Made by a program: the position numbers and the translations under genes. Positions 11,101-21,816 of a DNA stretch of 64,000 nucleotides are shown here, in pieces. The notes below the pieces were generated by a model that searched no databases, was not told where the DNA came from, and saw only the letters and a list, made by a program, of their open reading frames with translations. Location of the stretch: positions 48,614-112,613 of the forward strand of contig JAKPQE010000150.1 of assembly GCA_029572955.1 (NCBI GenBank), read 5' to 3'. Position 1 is the first letter of the stretch; each line of letters starts with the position of its first letter. This DNA comes from Pseudomonadota bacterium (GTDB lineage: Bacteria > Pseudomonadota > Alphaproteobacteria > Rhizobiales > JAKPQE01).

Positions 11101-12223
11101 TGCCGCCCTCGCCCGGCCCGGCGGAAAGATCGAGGCGCAGGCCGCCGATCGCCGCGGGCCGGTCGCCGAGGACGAGGCGGATCGGGCGATCGTCCGGGGC
11201 GGCGACGACGAGCGAGGCGGCAAGGCTCTCCGGCTCGCCGGCAATGAGCCGGCCACGGGCGTCGAGGGCGAGGTTGCGGGCGGAAAGGCGCAAGGCACCG
11301 AGATCGAGGCCGCCATCGGCGGGCAGTCCGGCATCGAGGGCAAAGGCGATGTCGCCGGCGAGGAGTTCGGCGACCGAGACCGGCGCGATGCCGTCGAGAT
11401 TGCCGGCAAGATCGGCGCCGAGGCGGCGGCCGCCAGCGCCGTCCGGGCGCAGGCGGAAGCTGCCGGCGAGCGCCTTGCGGTCACCGGCGAGAAGGCCGAG
11501 CGTTCCGTCGAAATCGTCGAGCGTGCCGGTGCCGCCGAAGTCGAGGGCGAGCGCCGGGGCATCGGGAATGCGCAGGAGGCCGGCGACGACGCCGCCGGCC
11601 GGTTCGGAGAGATGACCCTCGACGACGAGCCGGTCGGCGGCCGGGTCGGCATCGAGCTTCAGATCGAAGCGACCGCCGGGACCGTCGGTGCGCTCGACAT
11701 GAACCGTCGCAGCGAGATCGGCGCCTCCCCCGGCGTAGCGCAGGCCGGCCAAGCCGGAAAAGCTCGCGGCGACGCCGGCAACCGGCTCGGCGAGGCGAAG
11801 CGCGTGGAGATCGAGGCGGCCGAGCGAAATGTCGAAGGCCGGCGCCGCGCCGCCGCCCTCGTCCTTGCCCGGCAACGGCCGGCGGGCGACATCGATCGCG
11901 CCGATCTCGACATGGGAAACGTCGATACGACCGAGGAGCAGGGCCGCCGGCGACCAGTCGACGGCGAGGTCGGAAACGGCGAGCCATTCGCCGTCACGAT
12001 CAGCGACGGTGATCCGCCCGACCTCGAGGCTGAACGGCAGGAAGCCGCCAAGATCGCCGATCTCGACCTTCTGCGCCTCGCTGGAGGCAAGGCGCGAGGC
12101 GAGGCTGGCGAGGAGCGCGCGGCCGGGCGCGACCTGGAGAGCCAGCAGGACGACCGTCAGGAGGGCCGCCGCCGCCAGCGCGATGAAGCCGACAGTCTTT
12201 GCGATACGTCGCGTGGTCATCAC
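8156..12223 (-). CDS. tamB: Translocation and assembly module TamB
   Basis: N-terminal anchor, long Gly/Ala beta-rich body, C-terminal DUF490-like region (IFVRGRGLDTELGG, GRYVTDKVYL, EWDY); follows tamA. Confidence 0.9.
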   Translation of the reverse strand: MMTTRRIAKTVGFIALAAAALLTVVLLALQVAPGRALLASLASRLASSEAQKVEIGDLGGFLPFSLEVGRITVADRDGEWLAVSDLAVDWSPAALLLGRIDVSHVEIGAIDVARRPLPGKDEGGGAAPAFDISLGRLDLHALRLAEPVAGVAASFSGLAGLRYAGGGADLAATVHVERTDGPGGRFDLKLDADPAADRLVVEGHLSEPAGGVVAGLLRIPDAPALALDFGGTGTLDDFDGTLGLLAGDRKALAGSFRLRPDGAGGRRLGADLAGNLDGIAPVSVAELLAGDIAFALDAGLPADGGLDLGALRLSARNLALDARGRLIAGEPESLAASLVVAAPDDRPIRLVLGDRPAAIGGLRLDLSAGPGEGGTDWRLKIDGDGLAMPDARVGGLAVSASGRAAPGLAVLDETTLTLDLVAADAFAAGRSLGSEIRAALVGTAARDGAATRVALAGPLSGLATGTAALDRLFGDKLDLVLDLTDEGGLAIHELTASNAAVRLTLSGDWGATVDLAAKGRIDNLARLEPTATGAVDLAATVTGTPEAPVVTAEITADTARFGDRKLEGAALKLSGQMPGPTGDLSLSGKLDGRDIGGTARIVPDGAGSVADIDIGILAARAKGRLAIAADGIVTGPLDISAPDLVEIAPLVLADLSGSLAARAEFGRGADGGQVIALAGRARNVETAKAGIGSAELSARITSAFAAPAVEGTLAARAVRAGTQRIETLDLAARPADAGSAITLAARSKDGRADAAAILATAEGGTEIRLSSLDANWKGLPLRLVRPARVLVAEGAEFLDPAAFDVSGGTLTVSGKAGDILALDVAARDLPARLLDIADPALGAGGRITADARVTGAADAPVVAWRLDWREAALAETRGLGLLPLDIAGKGELRGPRTSLDIHVGGGGLDVTATGTAPVGSVEPVDVKVTGAVPLALANGSLGARGARAGGTLALDLSVKGRLPAPAIGGRVTTSGASFSDPGSGLSASDIVAALRLAGDRVEIEKLTGSLGKNGNFTASGRVGIVPGSDYPADITLAVRDGLYADGTLVTARFSADLALSGPLLGQATARGKVDLQQVDVTVPDKLPASVAVLDVEHRNAPKAVEAQALRLRASSGGGGGSSDVLLDILVNAPGRIFVRGRGLDTELGGTIRLTGPASAPVAQGAFEMRRGRLSLLGKRLEFSRGALDFSGDLDPYLDFVATTDTSDAVITVTVSGRASDPTFAFSSAPALPEEEVLAMLIFGKTTDKLSPAQIASLAASAAELGGLSGGPGLLGRLRQGLGVDDLEVTGDEEGGANVKAGRYVTDKVYLGVSKGTSADSGKVTVDIDVTKNVKARGEVGSGGKSKVGVQVEWDY

Positions 12224-12226
12224 AGA

Positions 12227-14167
12227 TCAGAACGACTGGCCGAGCCCGAGATAGACGGCGACCGGCGGATCGTCGGGTTCCTTGTCGAGCGGCACGGCCA
12301 CGTCGAGGCGCAACGGGCCGACCGGCGTCAGGTAGCGAAGGCCGATACCGGCACCGACCTTCAGCGGTTCGTCGAAGGCGGGCCAATCCTCGGCATAGAC
12401 CTGGCCCGCGTCGATGAAGGGCACGATGCCGATCTTGTCGGTGACGCGGATGCGGACCTCGGCCGAACCCTCGACGAAGCTGAGGCCGCCGATCGGATTG
12501 CCGCCCGAGGTCATCGGGCCGATGCCCTGATATGGGTAGCCGCGCACCGAACCGCCACCGCCGGCATAGAAGCGCCGGTCGGCCGGCACCGCCGTCAGGC
12601 CCGCCCCGGTGATGCTGCCGGCGGCGATGCGCCCGGCAAGGACGAAGCGACGGGATTCATCGATGGCGCGATAGGCCGAGAAGCTCGCCTTCGAGACGAA
12701 GAAGCTCTCGTCGTTGCGCAGGTCGACGATCGGCTCGGCGAAGGCGAGGGCATGGAAGCCCTTCGAGGGATCGAGCCGGTTGTCGCGGGTGTCCCAGACG
12801 AGTTCGGCCGGCGCGCCGATCAGCGTGTAGTCCTCGGTGCCAAATTCGTCCTCGATGCGCGCCTGCTCGATCTCGGCGCCGATCGAGGCCGAGAGCGTGT
12901 CGGAGAAGCGATGGTTGAGGCCGAGCTTGGCGGTCGCCGACCGGCTCTCGTAGGCGTCCGGCATCTCCTGCCTGAGGCGGGCTTCGGCCGTGAGGTCGGT
13001 GTCGGGATCGATGATGCCCGGCTTCACGAAGGTCACGCCGAGTTCGTAGTCGAGTTCGCTGGTATCGGCAGAACCGATGCGCGAGACCGAGCCCTCGACG
13101 CGGATCTGCTCGGCGCCGCCGAAGAGATTGCGATGGCCCCAATGGGCCTCGATGCCGGCGCCGTCGGTGTTCGACCAGGAAAGGCCGGCGCCGACGAAGC
13201 GGCGCTTGCGCTCGACGACCTCGATGGTGACCGGCACCGTGCCGTCGGGATCGAGCGCCACACCGGGCGTGACGCGGACCGTATCGAAGACCTCGAGGCG
13301 GCGCAGGCGCTCGCCTGCCCGCTTCAGCGCGGCCGGCGAATAGGGCTCGCCGACGGGGATTCTCGCCTGCGCCTTGATGATCTCGGGGTCCATCTCCTCG
13401 GCGCCACTGACCTCGACGCGGCCGAAACTGGCCAGCGGGCCGGGATCGACGGCGAGCACCAAGTCGACGGTGTGGGAGCGGTGATCGGCGACGACGTCGC
13501 GGCTCGTCACCCGGGCGAGCGGATGGCCGCGGTCCTGCCAGTCGGCAACCAGCCGGTCCTCGGCGCCGAGGATGAGGCTGGAGGCGGCGACGCCGCCGGG
13601 CGCGAGATCGTAGGCGGCCGGATCGGCGATCGGATCGCCCGCCCCTGCCCCGCCGGTAACGTCGATGCGCGTCTCGGAGAACGCAAAGGCCGGACCCGGC
13701 GAAACGCCGACGACGACGGGAACCAGCCCGTCCGCAGCGGTGGCGAGCGGGGTATCGGGCTCGATGCTCTCGATCGGCCGCCCGGCGACACGGATGTCGA
13801 CAGTGCCGCCGTAATAGCCGCGGGAATAGAGGCCGGCGACGATGCGGCCGCGATCGCCGCGCGCCCGGGCGAGCAGCGCCGCGGTGCCGGCCGGCGGCTG
13901 GTCCTTCTTGGCGACGAGCTCGGAGACGTCGGTGAGCAGCGCGGTCAGTTCCTCGTCGCCGCCGGCGACGTCGAGCACGGGCGCATAGCGCACCGCATCG
14001 GGCGGCAACGGCTCCTCGGCCTGCTTCTCGAAGAGCTTCCAGCCGAAGATTTCGAAGGCATCGGCGGGGAGCGGCGCGGACACGGCGATAGCCGCCGCGG
14101 CGCAAAGCACCACGGTGCGGCGCGCGCGGCGCCGCGACAGCCGGATGAGACGTCCGCCGGTCTTCAC
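12227..14167 (-). CDS. tamA: Omp85-family TamA
   Basis: POTRA-like repeats, RFYAGGGGSVRGY, GPLRLDVAVPL, C-terminal LGQSF. Confidence 0.92.
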   Translation of the reverse strand: MKTGGRLIRLSRRRARRTVVLCAAAAIAVSAPLPADAFEIFGWKLFEKQAEEPLPPDAVRYAPVLDVAGGDEELTALLTDVSELVAKKDQPPAGTAALLARARGDRGRIVAGLYSRGYYGGTVDIRVAGRPIESIEPDTPLATAADGLVPVVVGVSPGPAFAFSETRIDVTGGAGAGDPIADPAAYDLAPGGVAASSLILGAEDRLVADWQDRGHPLARVTSRDVVADHRSHTVDLVLAVDPGPLASFGRVEVSGAEEMDPEIIKAQARIPVGEPYSPAALKRAGERLRRLEVFDTVRVTPGVALDPDGTVPVTIEVVERKRRFVGAGLSWSNTDGAGIEAHWGHRNLFGGAEQIRVEGSVSRIGSADTSELDYELGVTFVKPGIIDPDTDLTAEARLRQEMPDAYESRSATAKLGLNHRFSDTLSASIGAEIEQARIEDEFGTEDYTLIGAPAELVWDTRDNRLDPSKGFHALAFAEPIVDLRNDESFFVSKASFSAYRAIDESRRFVLAGRIAAGSITGAGLTAVPADRRFYAGGGGSVRGYPYQGIGPMTSGGNPIGGLSFVEGSAEVRIRVTDKIGIVPFIDAGQVYAEDWPAFDEPLKVGAGIGLRYLTPVGPLRLDVAVPLDKEPDDPPVAVYLGLGQSF

Positions 14168-14513
14168 TTCGAACCCGTACTCCCCGTCGGAGGTCCGTGT
14201 GGGATACCAGAATGCGCCCGATATCTCGACACAAGATTAAGGCCCGGGGACGGCACGCGGAAGAAAAACAGAGTTTTTCCAGAGGCCTTTTGCCCGGCCG
14301 TGCCATCCTTGCAACGACGCGCCTTGCTGCGGCGAAGACGAGAATGGCTTGCGAATTGTTCTTGGTTATGTTCGAAACAATGAATAAAACAATTCGACCT
14401 CGCCGGCATCGAGTGCCGGCCGACGATTCCCGTCGCCGGTGATCGGTCGCGAGACCGCTTTGCCTGCCCTTTCGACGGCCGAACCGGCCGAAACGAGCAA
14501 GGAACACGGACCC

Positions 14514-15503
14514 ATGAGCGAGCAGACCGCGCCGCAGGCGCAAGCAGAAGCCGCCGAGCCGCGGCTGAAGCATTTCCCGATCAGCTTCTTTGCCATCGTC
14601 ATGGGCCTGTCCGGCCTGACCCTCGGCGTCGAACGCCTCGAAATGAACCTCGGCGCGTCCCATTCGGTGAGTCTCGTCGTCCTCGTCGTCGCGCTTCTCG
14701 CCTTCATCGTGATCGCGACGGTCTACGGCCTGAAGGCCGCGCGCCACTGGGACGCGGTGGTCTGGGAGTGGCACCACCCGGTGCGGATCGCCTTCTTCCC
14801 GGCGGCCAGCATCTCGATCATCCTGCTCGCCACCGCCGCGCTGCCGTTCAGCCCGCAGGTCGCCTTCGTGTGGTGGGCGATCGGCTCGGCGCTCCATCTG
14901 GTCGGCACACTGTCGGTGGTGTCGGCCTGGATCGGCCATCGCGCCTTCGAGACGCCGCACCTCAATCCGGCCTGGTTCATCCCCGCCGTCGGCAACGTTC
15001 TGGTGCCGATCGCCGGCGTCCCGCTCGGCTTCGTCGAGATTTCCTGGTTCTTCTTCTCGATCGGCATCCTGTTCTGGATCGTGCTGCTGACGCTGGTGTT
15101 CAACCGGCTGATCTTCCACACGCCGCTGCCGGAGCGCCTGTTCCCGACGCTCGTGATCCTCGTCGCGCCGCCGGCCGTCGGCTTCGTCGCCTATATGCGG
15201 CTGGTCGGTGAGGTCGATGCCTTCGCGCGCATTCTCTACTATGCGGGCGTCGTCTTCTTCCTCGTCGTCGCGCTGCAGTTCCCGCGGCTGCTGCGCCTGC
15301 CCTTCGCGCTGTCGTGGTGGGCCCTCTCGTTCCCGATCGCCGCGATCACCGTCGCGACGCTGCTCTATGCCTCGAAGATCGGCAGCCCGGGCCTCGCCTT
15401 CTTCGGCTACGCCCTGCTCGCGCTGCTTTGCATCGTGATCCTGGTACTGGCAGTGCGGACATTCAAAGCAATTCGCGCACATAAAGTGTGCGTGCCGGAA
15501 TAA
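14514..15503 (+). CDS. TDT/SLAC1/TehA-family anion channel
   Basis: ~10 TM helices, FFAIVMGLSGL, HPVRIAFFPA, NPAWFIPAVG, LSWWALSFP. Confidence 0.88.
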   Translation: MSEQTAPQAQAEAAEPRLKHFPISFFAIVMGLSGLTLGVERLEMNLGASHSVSLVVLVVALLAFIVIATVYGLKAARHWDAVVWEWHHPVRIAFFPAASISIILLATAALPFSPQVAFVWWAIGSALHLVGTLSVVSAWIGHRAFETPHLNPAWFIPAVGNVLVPIAGVPLGFVEISWFFFSIGILFWIVLLTLVFNRLIFHTPLPERLFPTLVILVAPPAVGFVAYMRLVGEVDAFARILYYAGVVFFLVVALQFPRLLRLPFALSWWALSFPIAAITVATLLYASKIGSPGLAFFGYALLALLCIVILVLAVRTFKAIRAHKVCVPE

Positions 15504-15514
15504 TTATCTGATCA

Positions 15515-15539
15515 GGGTCGGCGCCACGGCGCCGACCCC
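15515..15539. terminator. GC-rich hairpin after TDT gene
   Basis: GGGTCGGCGCC-AC-GGCGCCGACCC; no clear U-tract. Confidence 0.45.
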
Positions 15540-15785
15540 AGTTACGGTACGTAACAAATCGGACATTTTATTACTGACCAGTCTGTTTTCTAACATCCGC
15601 TACTTACCACCGGAAGCTACACAGCCAAACCACACGCACCGATATATAGTAAATTGTCCCAATACACGTTCATATCGTTTTTCCCTTATCCATGCCGCAC
15701 GACTATTGATGGGCGATTCGATTCGGGTCGAACCGCCGAGCTTTTTCGGACGCAGCCGCGTGCCGACAACAAAACAGGCAGAAAA

Positions 15786-16187
15786 ATGCCCGCCACGTTC
15801 CGCGCCCGACAGGCGCGTCATATCCATCCCGTCAAGCTTGTCGTAATCGCGTTCGCCGCCACCACCATAGGCTGCGCCGCCCCTGGCCTCGCCGACGAGA
15901 CCGATCACAAACGCGACCGCCTCGCCCACACCCTCGGCAAGGTCGTCAGAATCGCCGAACACTGTCCGAATCTCGAGATCGACGACCCGGTGCTCGATGC
16001 GGCGCTGGCAGAGGTTCAGATGGACGGCCCGCAGCTGCTCGAAAGCCACAGCACGGCCTTTCGCACGGGCTCGGAGACCATGGAGCGGGTGTTCGCGGCG
16101 CAGGAAGAGGCAATCGTCTGCAATGCGGCGAACGATCTCTTCGGCCCGCGCGGCTGGCTTCATCGCGGCATCCTGAAGGCGCGCTAG
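15786..16187 (+). CDS. Small hypothetical exported protein
   Basis: Signal-like hydrophobic stretch ending PGLA, two Cys in mature part; start uncertain. Confidence 0.6.
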   Translation: MPATFRARQARHIHPVKLVVIAFAATTIGCAAPGLADETDHKRDRLAHTLGKVVRIAEHCPNLEIDDPVLDAALAEVQMDGPQLLESHSTAFRTGSETMERVFAAQEEAIVCNAANDLFGPRGWLHRGILKAR

Positions 16188-16204
16188 CCGCGCCGGGCGA
16201 GCGC

Positions 16205-17571
<1,367 letters not shown>

Positions 17572-17575
<4 letters not shown>

Positions 17576-19440
17576 GAAGCCTCGCTCCTCTGGTCGGCGT
17601 CAGGCAGGATAATGGTGAAGGTGGTGCCCTTGCCGAGTTCGCTCTCCACCTCGATGCGGCCGCCGGCGTGCTTGACGATGGCACGGCAGATCGACAGGCC
17701 GAGGCCGGTGCCGCGCACGCTGTCGGCGCGGCGGCTCCAGAACGGATCGAAGATGCGGCTGATGTCCTCGGCGGCGATGCCGACGCCGGTGTCGGCAATG
17801 GCAAGGGCGATCTCGCCGCCGACGCGGCTGCCGGTGATGGTCAGCGTGCCGCCGCCCGGCATGGCATGGAAGGCATTCTGGACGATATTCAGAATGAGCA
17901 TGCGCATGTCGCTGTCGGACGCGATGACGCGCAGGCCCTCGGCAAGCTGGACACGGACCTCGACCTTGTGCTCGATCGCCTCGAAGTTGATCAGCGAAAT
18001 GATGTCGGAGGCGACCTCGTCGAGGGCGATGAGGCTCGGGCGGGCCGGCGGCATCGACAGCTTCAAGAGCCGGTTGGTCACCGCGATGCACTTGTCGATC
18101 TCGGTGTTGACGATGTCCATGTAGTATTTGGCGTCCGGATGCGCGTCGAGACCGACGCGGCGCTGCATGGCGCGGAAGCCGAGGCGGATCGAGGCCAGCG
18201 GATTGCGGATCTCGTGAGCGACGCCGGTCGCCAAGAGGCCGATCTCGGACAGCTTCTGCTCCTGGGAGACGGCCATTTCCTGCGACAGATCGCGGATCGC
18301 CTCGACGACGGCGGGCTTGCCGCCCTCGGCGTCGTAGAGCGGCGCGACCGAGACCTCGACGTGGAATTCGGTGCCGTCCGGCTTCACATGGCGGTGCCGG
18401 CAGGTGAACGGGCGGGCGGATTCATCGAACTCCACCAGCGGGCAGGTCACGAAGGTTCCCGCACAGGGCTCCTCGCGCTTGTGGCTCGAGGCGTAGCACG
18501 GCGCGCCGATCACCTCGGCCATCGGCATGCCGACCTGTTCGCAATAGGCCCGGTTGGCCTTGACGACCTTGTAGTCCGGGCCGATCACCCGCACGCCGTC
18601 CGGGATCGCGTCCATCAGCGCCTGCAGGAAGGCTTCGCGGCCTTCGATTTCGTCGAGGCTCCTCGCGATGCGCTCGGCCATGGTGTTGAACGAGCTGCCG
18701 AGGTCGGCGAGCTCGTCGTTGCCGGCGACCGGGGCGCGAACGGTGTAGTCGCCGGCGGCGAGCGCCCGGCTCGTTTCGGTCAGCGCGCCGACCGGCGTCA
18801 GCACCCAGCGGTGCAGCATCATCCAGATGCCGAAGATCGAGGCGCCGACAACGGCGAGGCCCGAGGCGCCGAGCACCAGCGCGCCGGTCAGCGCATCGTG
18901 CTTGATGCCGGCCGCGGCGTAGTCGACGACGAGAATGCCGTTGACCGGATGGTCGGCCATCGACCCGTGGCACTGCTGGCACGGCTCGCGGTTGTAGACC
19001 GGGTTGACGCTGCGCAGCACTTCCATGTTGTCGGCATCGGTGAGGAACGCGCTCTGGGCGTCGCGGATCGGCAGCGTGCAGTTCGGGCAGAGCCGGTCGT
19101 TGGTGCCGTCGTAAAGATGGCCGAGCAGGCTGTCGTTCGAGGCGAAGCGGACCTCACCGTCGGGATTGACGATCATCACCCGCAGGATGCGCGCCTGCTC
19201 GCCGAGGCGATGGACGATGTCGCGCAGACCGTCGAGGTCGCGCTTCAGCATGGCGTTCTCGAGCGATACCTGCAGCAGCCGGTTGACCTGGGCCGAGGCC
19301 TCGGCGCGCTCCTTGACGAGGCGGTTGTGATAGGCGCCGACGAACAGGGCGAGGAACACCACCGATCCGGCGATGAGCCCGACGGCCATCGACAGGATCA
19401 GCTTGCGTCCGAGACCGCCGTGGACTTCGACCACCCGCAC
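17572..19440 (-). CDS. Sensor histidine kinase: periplasmic CxxCH domain, HAMP, Cys-rich PAS, HisKA-HATPase
   Basis: Two TMs flanking CPNC and CQQCH; AHEIRNPL H-box; DTGVGI; GTGLGL; 4-nt overlap with regulator. Confidence 0.92.
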
Positions 19441-19447
19441 CCCTCCC

Positions 19448-19924
19448 CTAGCGGCTCGACCAGAGACGCATCAGCATCGTCTCCTCGGGGATCGAGCCGG
19501 CTTCGATGCGCAGCGCGCGCGGCATCTCGACCGGCACGTCGACACCAAAGATGACGATCGGCACGACGACCGGACGTTGCCACGGCGTCGAAAGGAAGCG
19601 GGCGAACCAGGTGCGGCGCTCGGCCGGCGACTTGGTCGACAGCAGCGCCTCGACATTCTGCAAGGCAAGGCCGCGTTCGGCGGTCTCGGCGGCGATCCAC
19701 TCGTCGAGCGCCTCGAGCGGTATGCGGCCGGCGGCCGCGCCGTGCCGCGCCATCACGGTGGCGCGGAAATCGACGAAGTCGAGGCCGGCGGCGCGGGCGA
19801 TGCCGTGCAGGAGTTCGGGCCGATAGTCCGGCAACACGATGACGAAACCGCCGGCATAGCCGTGGCGGTCGATCAGGTCGACGATCGGGCGGGTGAAGGC
19901 GGTCGGCTCGGTCCGGTCGGTCAT
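19448..19924 (-). CDS. Hypothetical cytoplasmic protein in molybdoenzyme cluster
   Basis: ATGA coupling to upstream polyferredoxin; ends just before kinase RBS. Confidence 0.7.
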   Translation of the reverse strand: MTDRTEPTAFTRPIVDLIDRHGYAGGFVIVLPDYRPELLHGIARAAGLDFVDFRATVMARHGAAAGRIPLEALDEWIAAETAERGLALQNVEALLSTKSPAERRTWFARFLSTPWQRPVVVPIVIFGVDVPVEMPRALRIEAGSIPEETMLMRLWSSR

Positions 19925-20994
19925 TCGAGCACCTGGAACAGATTGCGGTTGTGGTCGACGCGCCGGCAGATGCGGCAGGTGCGCTCGCCGGTGTCGCGCT
20001 CCTGCGGCTCGGCGAAGGGCGCGCCGCATTTCGTGCAGCGCCGGGCGACCAGCCGCAGTTCGGTGCGGCGCGGGCGGGCGAGCCGCTCGACGGTGATCGC
20101 CGCCTCGTCGCAGATGTCGACGCAGAGGCCGCAGCCGGTGCAATTGCCGGCGATGATGCGATAGCTCCAGCCGACGCCGCTGGTGCCGTCCATCAGCAGC
20201 GCGCGATGGCGGCAGATGCGCACACAGGCCTCGCAGGCGGTGCAGCGGGCGCCGTCGATCGCCGGCACGTAGAGCGACAGCGGGCTCTCCTCGACCGGCG
20301 CCGGGGCCGGGGCCGGCGTCGCGGCCTGCTTGCTGCGGGGCCTGAGAAAGGCCGTGAACAGCTCGCGGCGCTCGAGATGAGGCAGTCCGCCGGGCCGGTC
20401 GTTGCCGGAAAGGTCGCGGTGCCAGGTGTCGCGATCGAGGCGACGCACGAGGATCGGCTCGCTGCCGCGATCCTCGGCGAGCGCCCGGAACTCGCCGACC
20501 GCGTCGTCGAGACGCCGCCCGACGCCGCGCGGGCAGTCGTCGCAGGCGACGTCGGTGACGACGATGGTGCGCACCGAGTTGGCGTGGAGACGGGCAAGAT
20601 CACGCAGGCCAAGGGCATGCAGGCAGGGCATCACGGCCTCGTCGGCGGTGACCCCGGCCCGTTCGCAGGCGCCATAGGCATGGTCGCCGCCCGCCACCGC
20701 CCGCACCGCGAGGCCGCGCGGCAGCGACAGCGCCTCCTCGGGACAGGCCGGCAGGCAGAGACCGCAACCGTCACAGGCTTCGGTGTCGAGGCCGAGCCCC
20801 TCCTCGCCGAGCAACCAGGCACCGCGCGGACAGGCATCGACGCAGGCGCGGCAACTCGCCAGCGGGCTGCGCGCATGCACGCACCGCCCACCGTCGCATT
20901 CCGGCAGCACGGGGGCGGAAGCCCCCCGAAATCGCTCTTCGCTCGGCATTCCAGTTCCGGCTCCAGCCGTCGGGCTCGCGACCCGATCCGTCAC
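19921..20994 (-). CDS. Polyferredoxin-like 4Fe-4S protein (probable maturation/electron-transfer factor)
   Basis: CRACVDACP, CDGCGLCLPACP, CTACEACVRIC, CTGCGLCVDIC, terminal CxxC pairs; GTGA overlap with chaperone gene. Confidence 0.85.
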   Translation of the reverse strand: MTDRVASPTAGAGTGMPSEERFRGASAPVLPECDGGRCVHARSPLASCRACVDACPRGAWLLGEEGLGLDTEACDGCGLCLPACPEEALSLPRGLAVRAVAGGDHAYGACERAGVTADEAVMPCLHALGLRDLARLHANSVRTIVVTDVACDDCPRGVGRRLDDAVGEFRALAEDRGSEPILVRRLDRDTWHRDLSGNDRPGGLPHLERRELFTAFLRPRSKQAATPAPAPAPVEESPLSLYVPAIDGARCTACEACVRICRHRALLMDGTSGVGWSYRIIAGNCTGCGLCVDICDEAAITVERLARPRRTELRLVARRCTKCGAPFAEPQERDTGERTCRICRRVDHNRNLFQVLE

Positions 20995-21728
20995 CAGCTC
21001 GGGCCCGCACCTGGAAAATAGGTCGCGGGCTCGTCCGTTTCAGTCTCCTCTTGCGCCTCTTCGACCACCGGCTCGGGGCGCGGCAGGTCGAGCGCCTCGG
21101 CCAGGTAGTCGCGCAGCTCGTCGAGATAGGCGGCGATCACCAGGACGAGGCCACCATAGAACGGCGAGCGGCTGCGGCCGGAGACGCGCAGCGCGAAATC
21201 GCCGACCCAGCGCAGCGGATGCTCGTCGAGGAAGCGGGCGGCGTCGGCCGGCGCATGCGGCGCCTCGGCGGCGAAAAGATGCGCCAGGAAGGCGAGCTGC
21301 AGCCCGACGAAGTCCTCCGTGCGCCGGCTCCAGTCCTCGGCGGCAAGTCCGTAATGAGCATACCACTTCCGGATCTCGAACATCGGCCCCTGTCGCTCGA
21401 GATTTTCCTTGTCGAGCCAGACGGATTCGTTGGGCGAGGCCTGAAACGCATAGTTGAGGAAAATGTCGGCGTAGTCCACGGCGAGCCGATCGAGCGCGAC
21501 CGGGTCGACGGGGTCGCCGAGTTCGGCAAGGCCGGCATCGATCAGCCGGAAACCGTCGGCGGCCGCTTCGCTCGCCAGTTCCAGGCCGAGCCATCCGGAA
21601 GCCGGAACGGCCGCGAGCCCGGCGACTCGTTCGCCGTCGAGCTCGCGGTCGACCAGCGCGGCAAGGAGGCCGAGATCTGTCGACAGGATTTCGCGGACGG
21701 TGGCATCGAGGCCCGGTCCTGCGCTCAT
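20991..21728 (-). CDS. TorD/DmsD-family molybdoenzyme chaperone
   Basis: SPNESVW, EDFVGLQLAFLAHL, FLDEHPLRW. Confidence 0.85.
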   Translation of the reverse strand: MSAGPGLDATVREILSTDLGLLAALVDRELDGERVAGLAAVPASGWLGLELASEAAADGFRLIDAGLAELGDPVDPVALDRLAVDYADIFLNYAFQASPNESVWLDKENLERQGPMFEIRKWYAHYGLAAEDWSRRTEDFVGLQLAFLAHLFAAEAPHAPADAARFLDEHPLRWVGDFALRVSGRSRSPFYGGLVLVIAAYLDELRDYLAEALDLPRPEPVVEEAQEETETDEPATYFPGAGPSW

Positions 21729-21816
21729 GTCCTTTTCCTTCCCCTCATGGCAGACGCCGCCCGTCGGGCTTGCGGGCCCGGCGAGCGGTCGATCCGCATC
21801 GTCACTTCACCCGTCG

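Noticed and set aside
14358-14373. GTTC-N8-GTTC as LexA box
   Set aside because: Spacing is 8, not 7
8933-14383. 1816-aa plus-strand ORF and other long antisense ORFs (e.g. 21700-24534, 36928-40101)
   Set aside because: High-GC antisense shadows of well-supported genes
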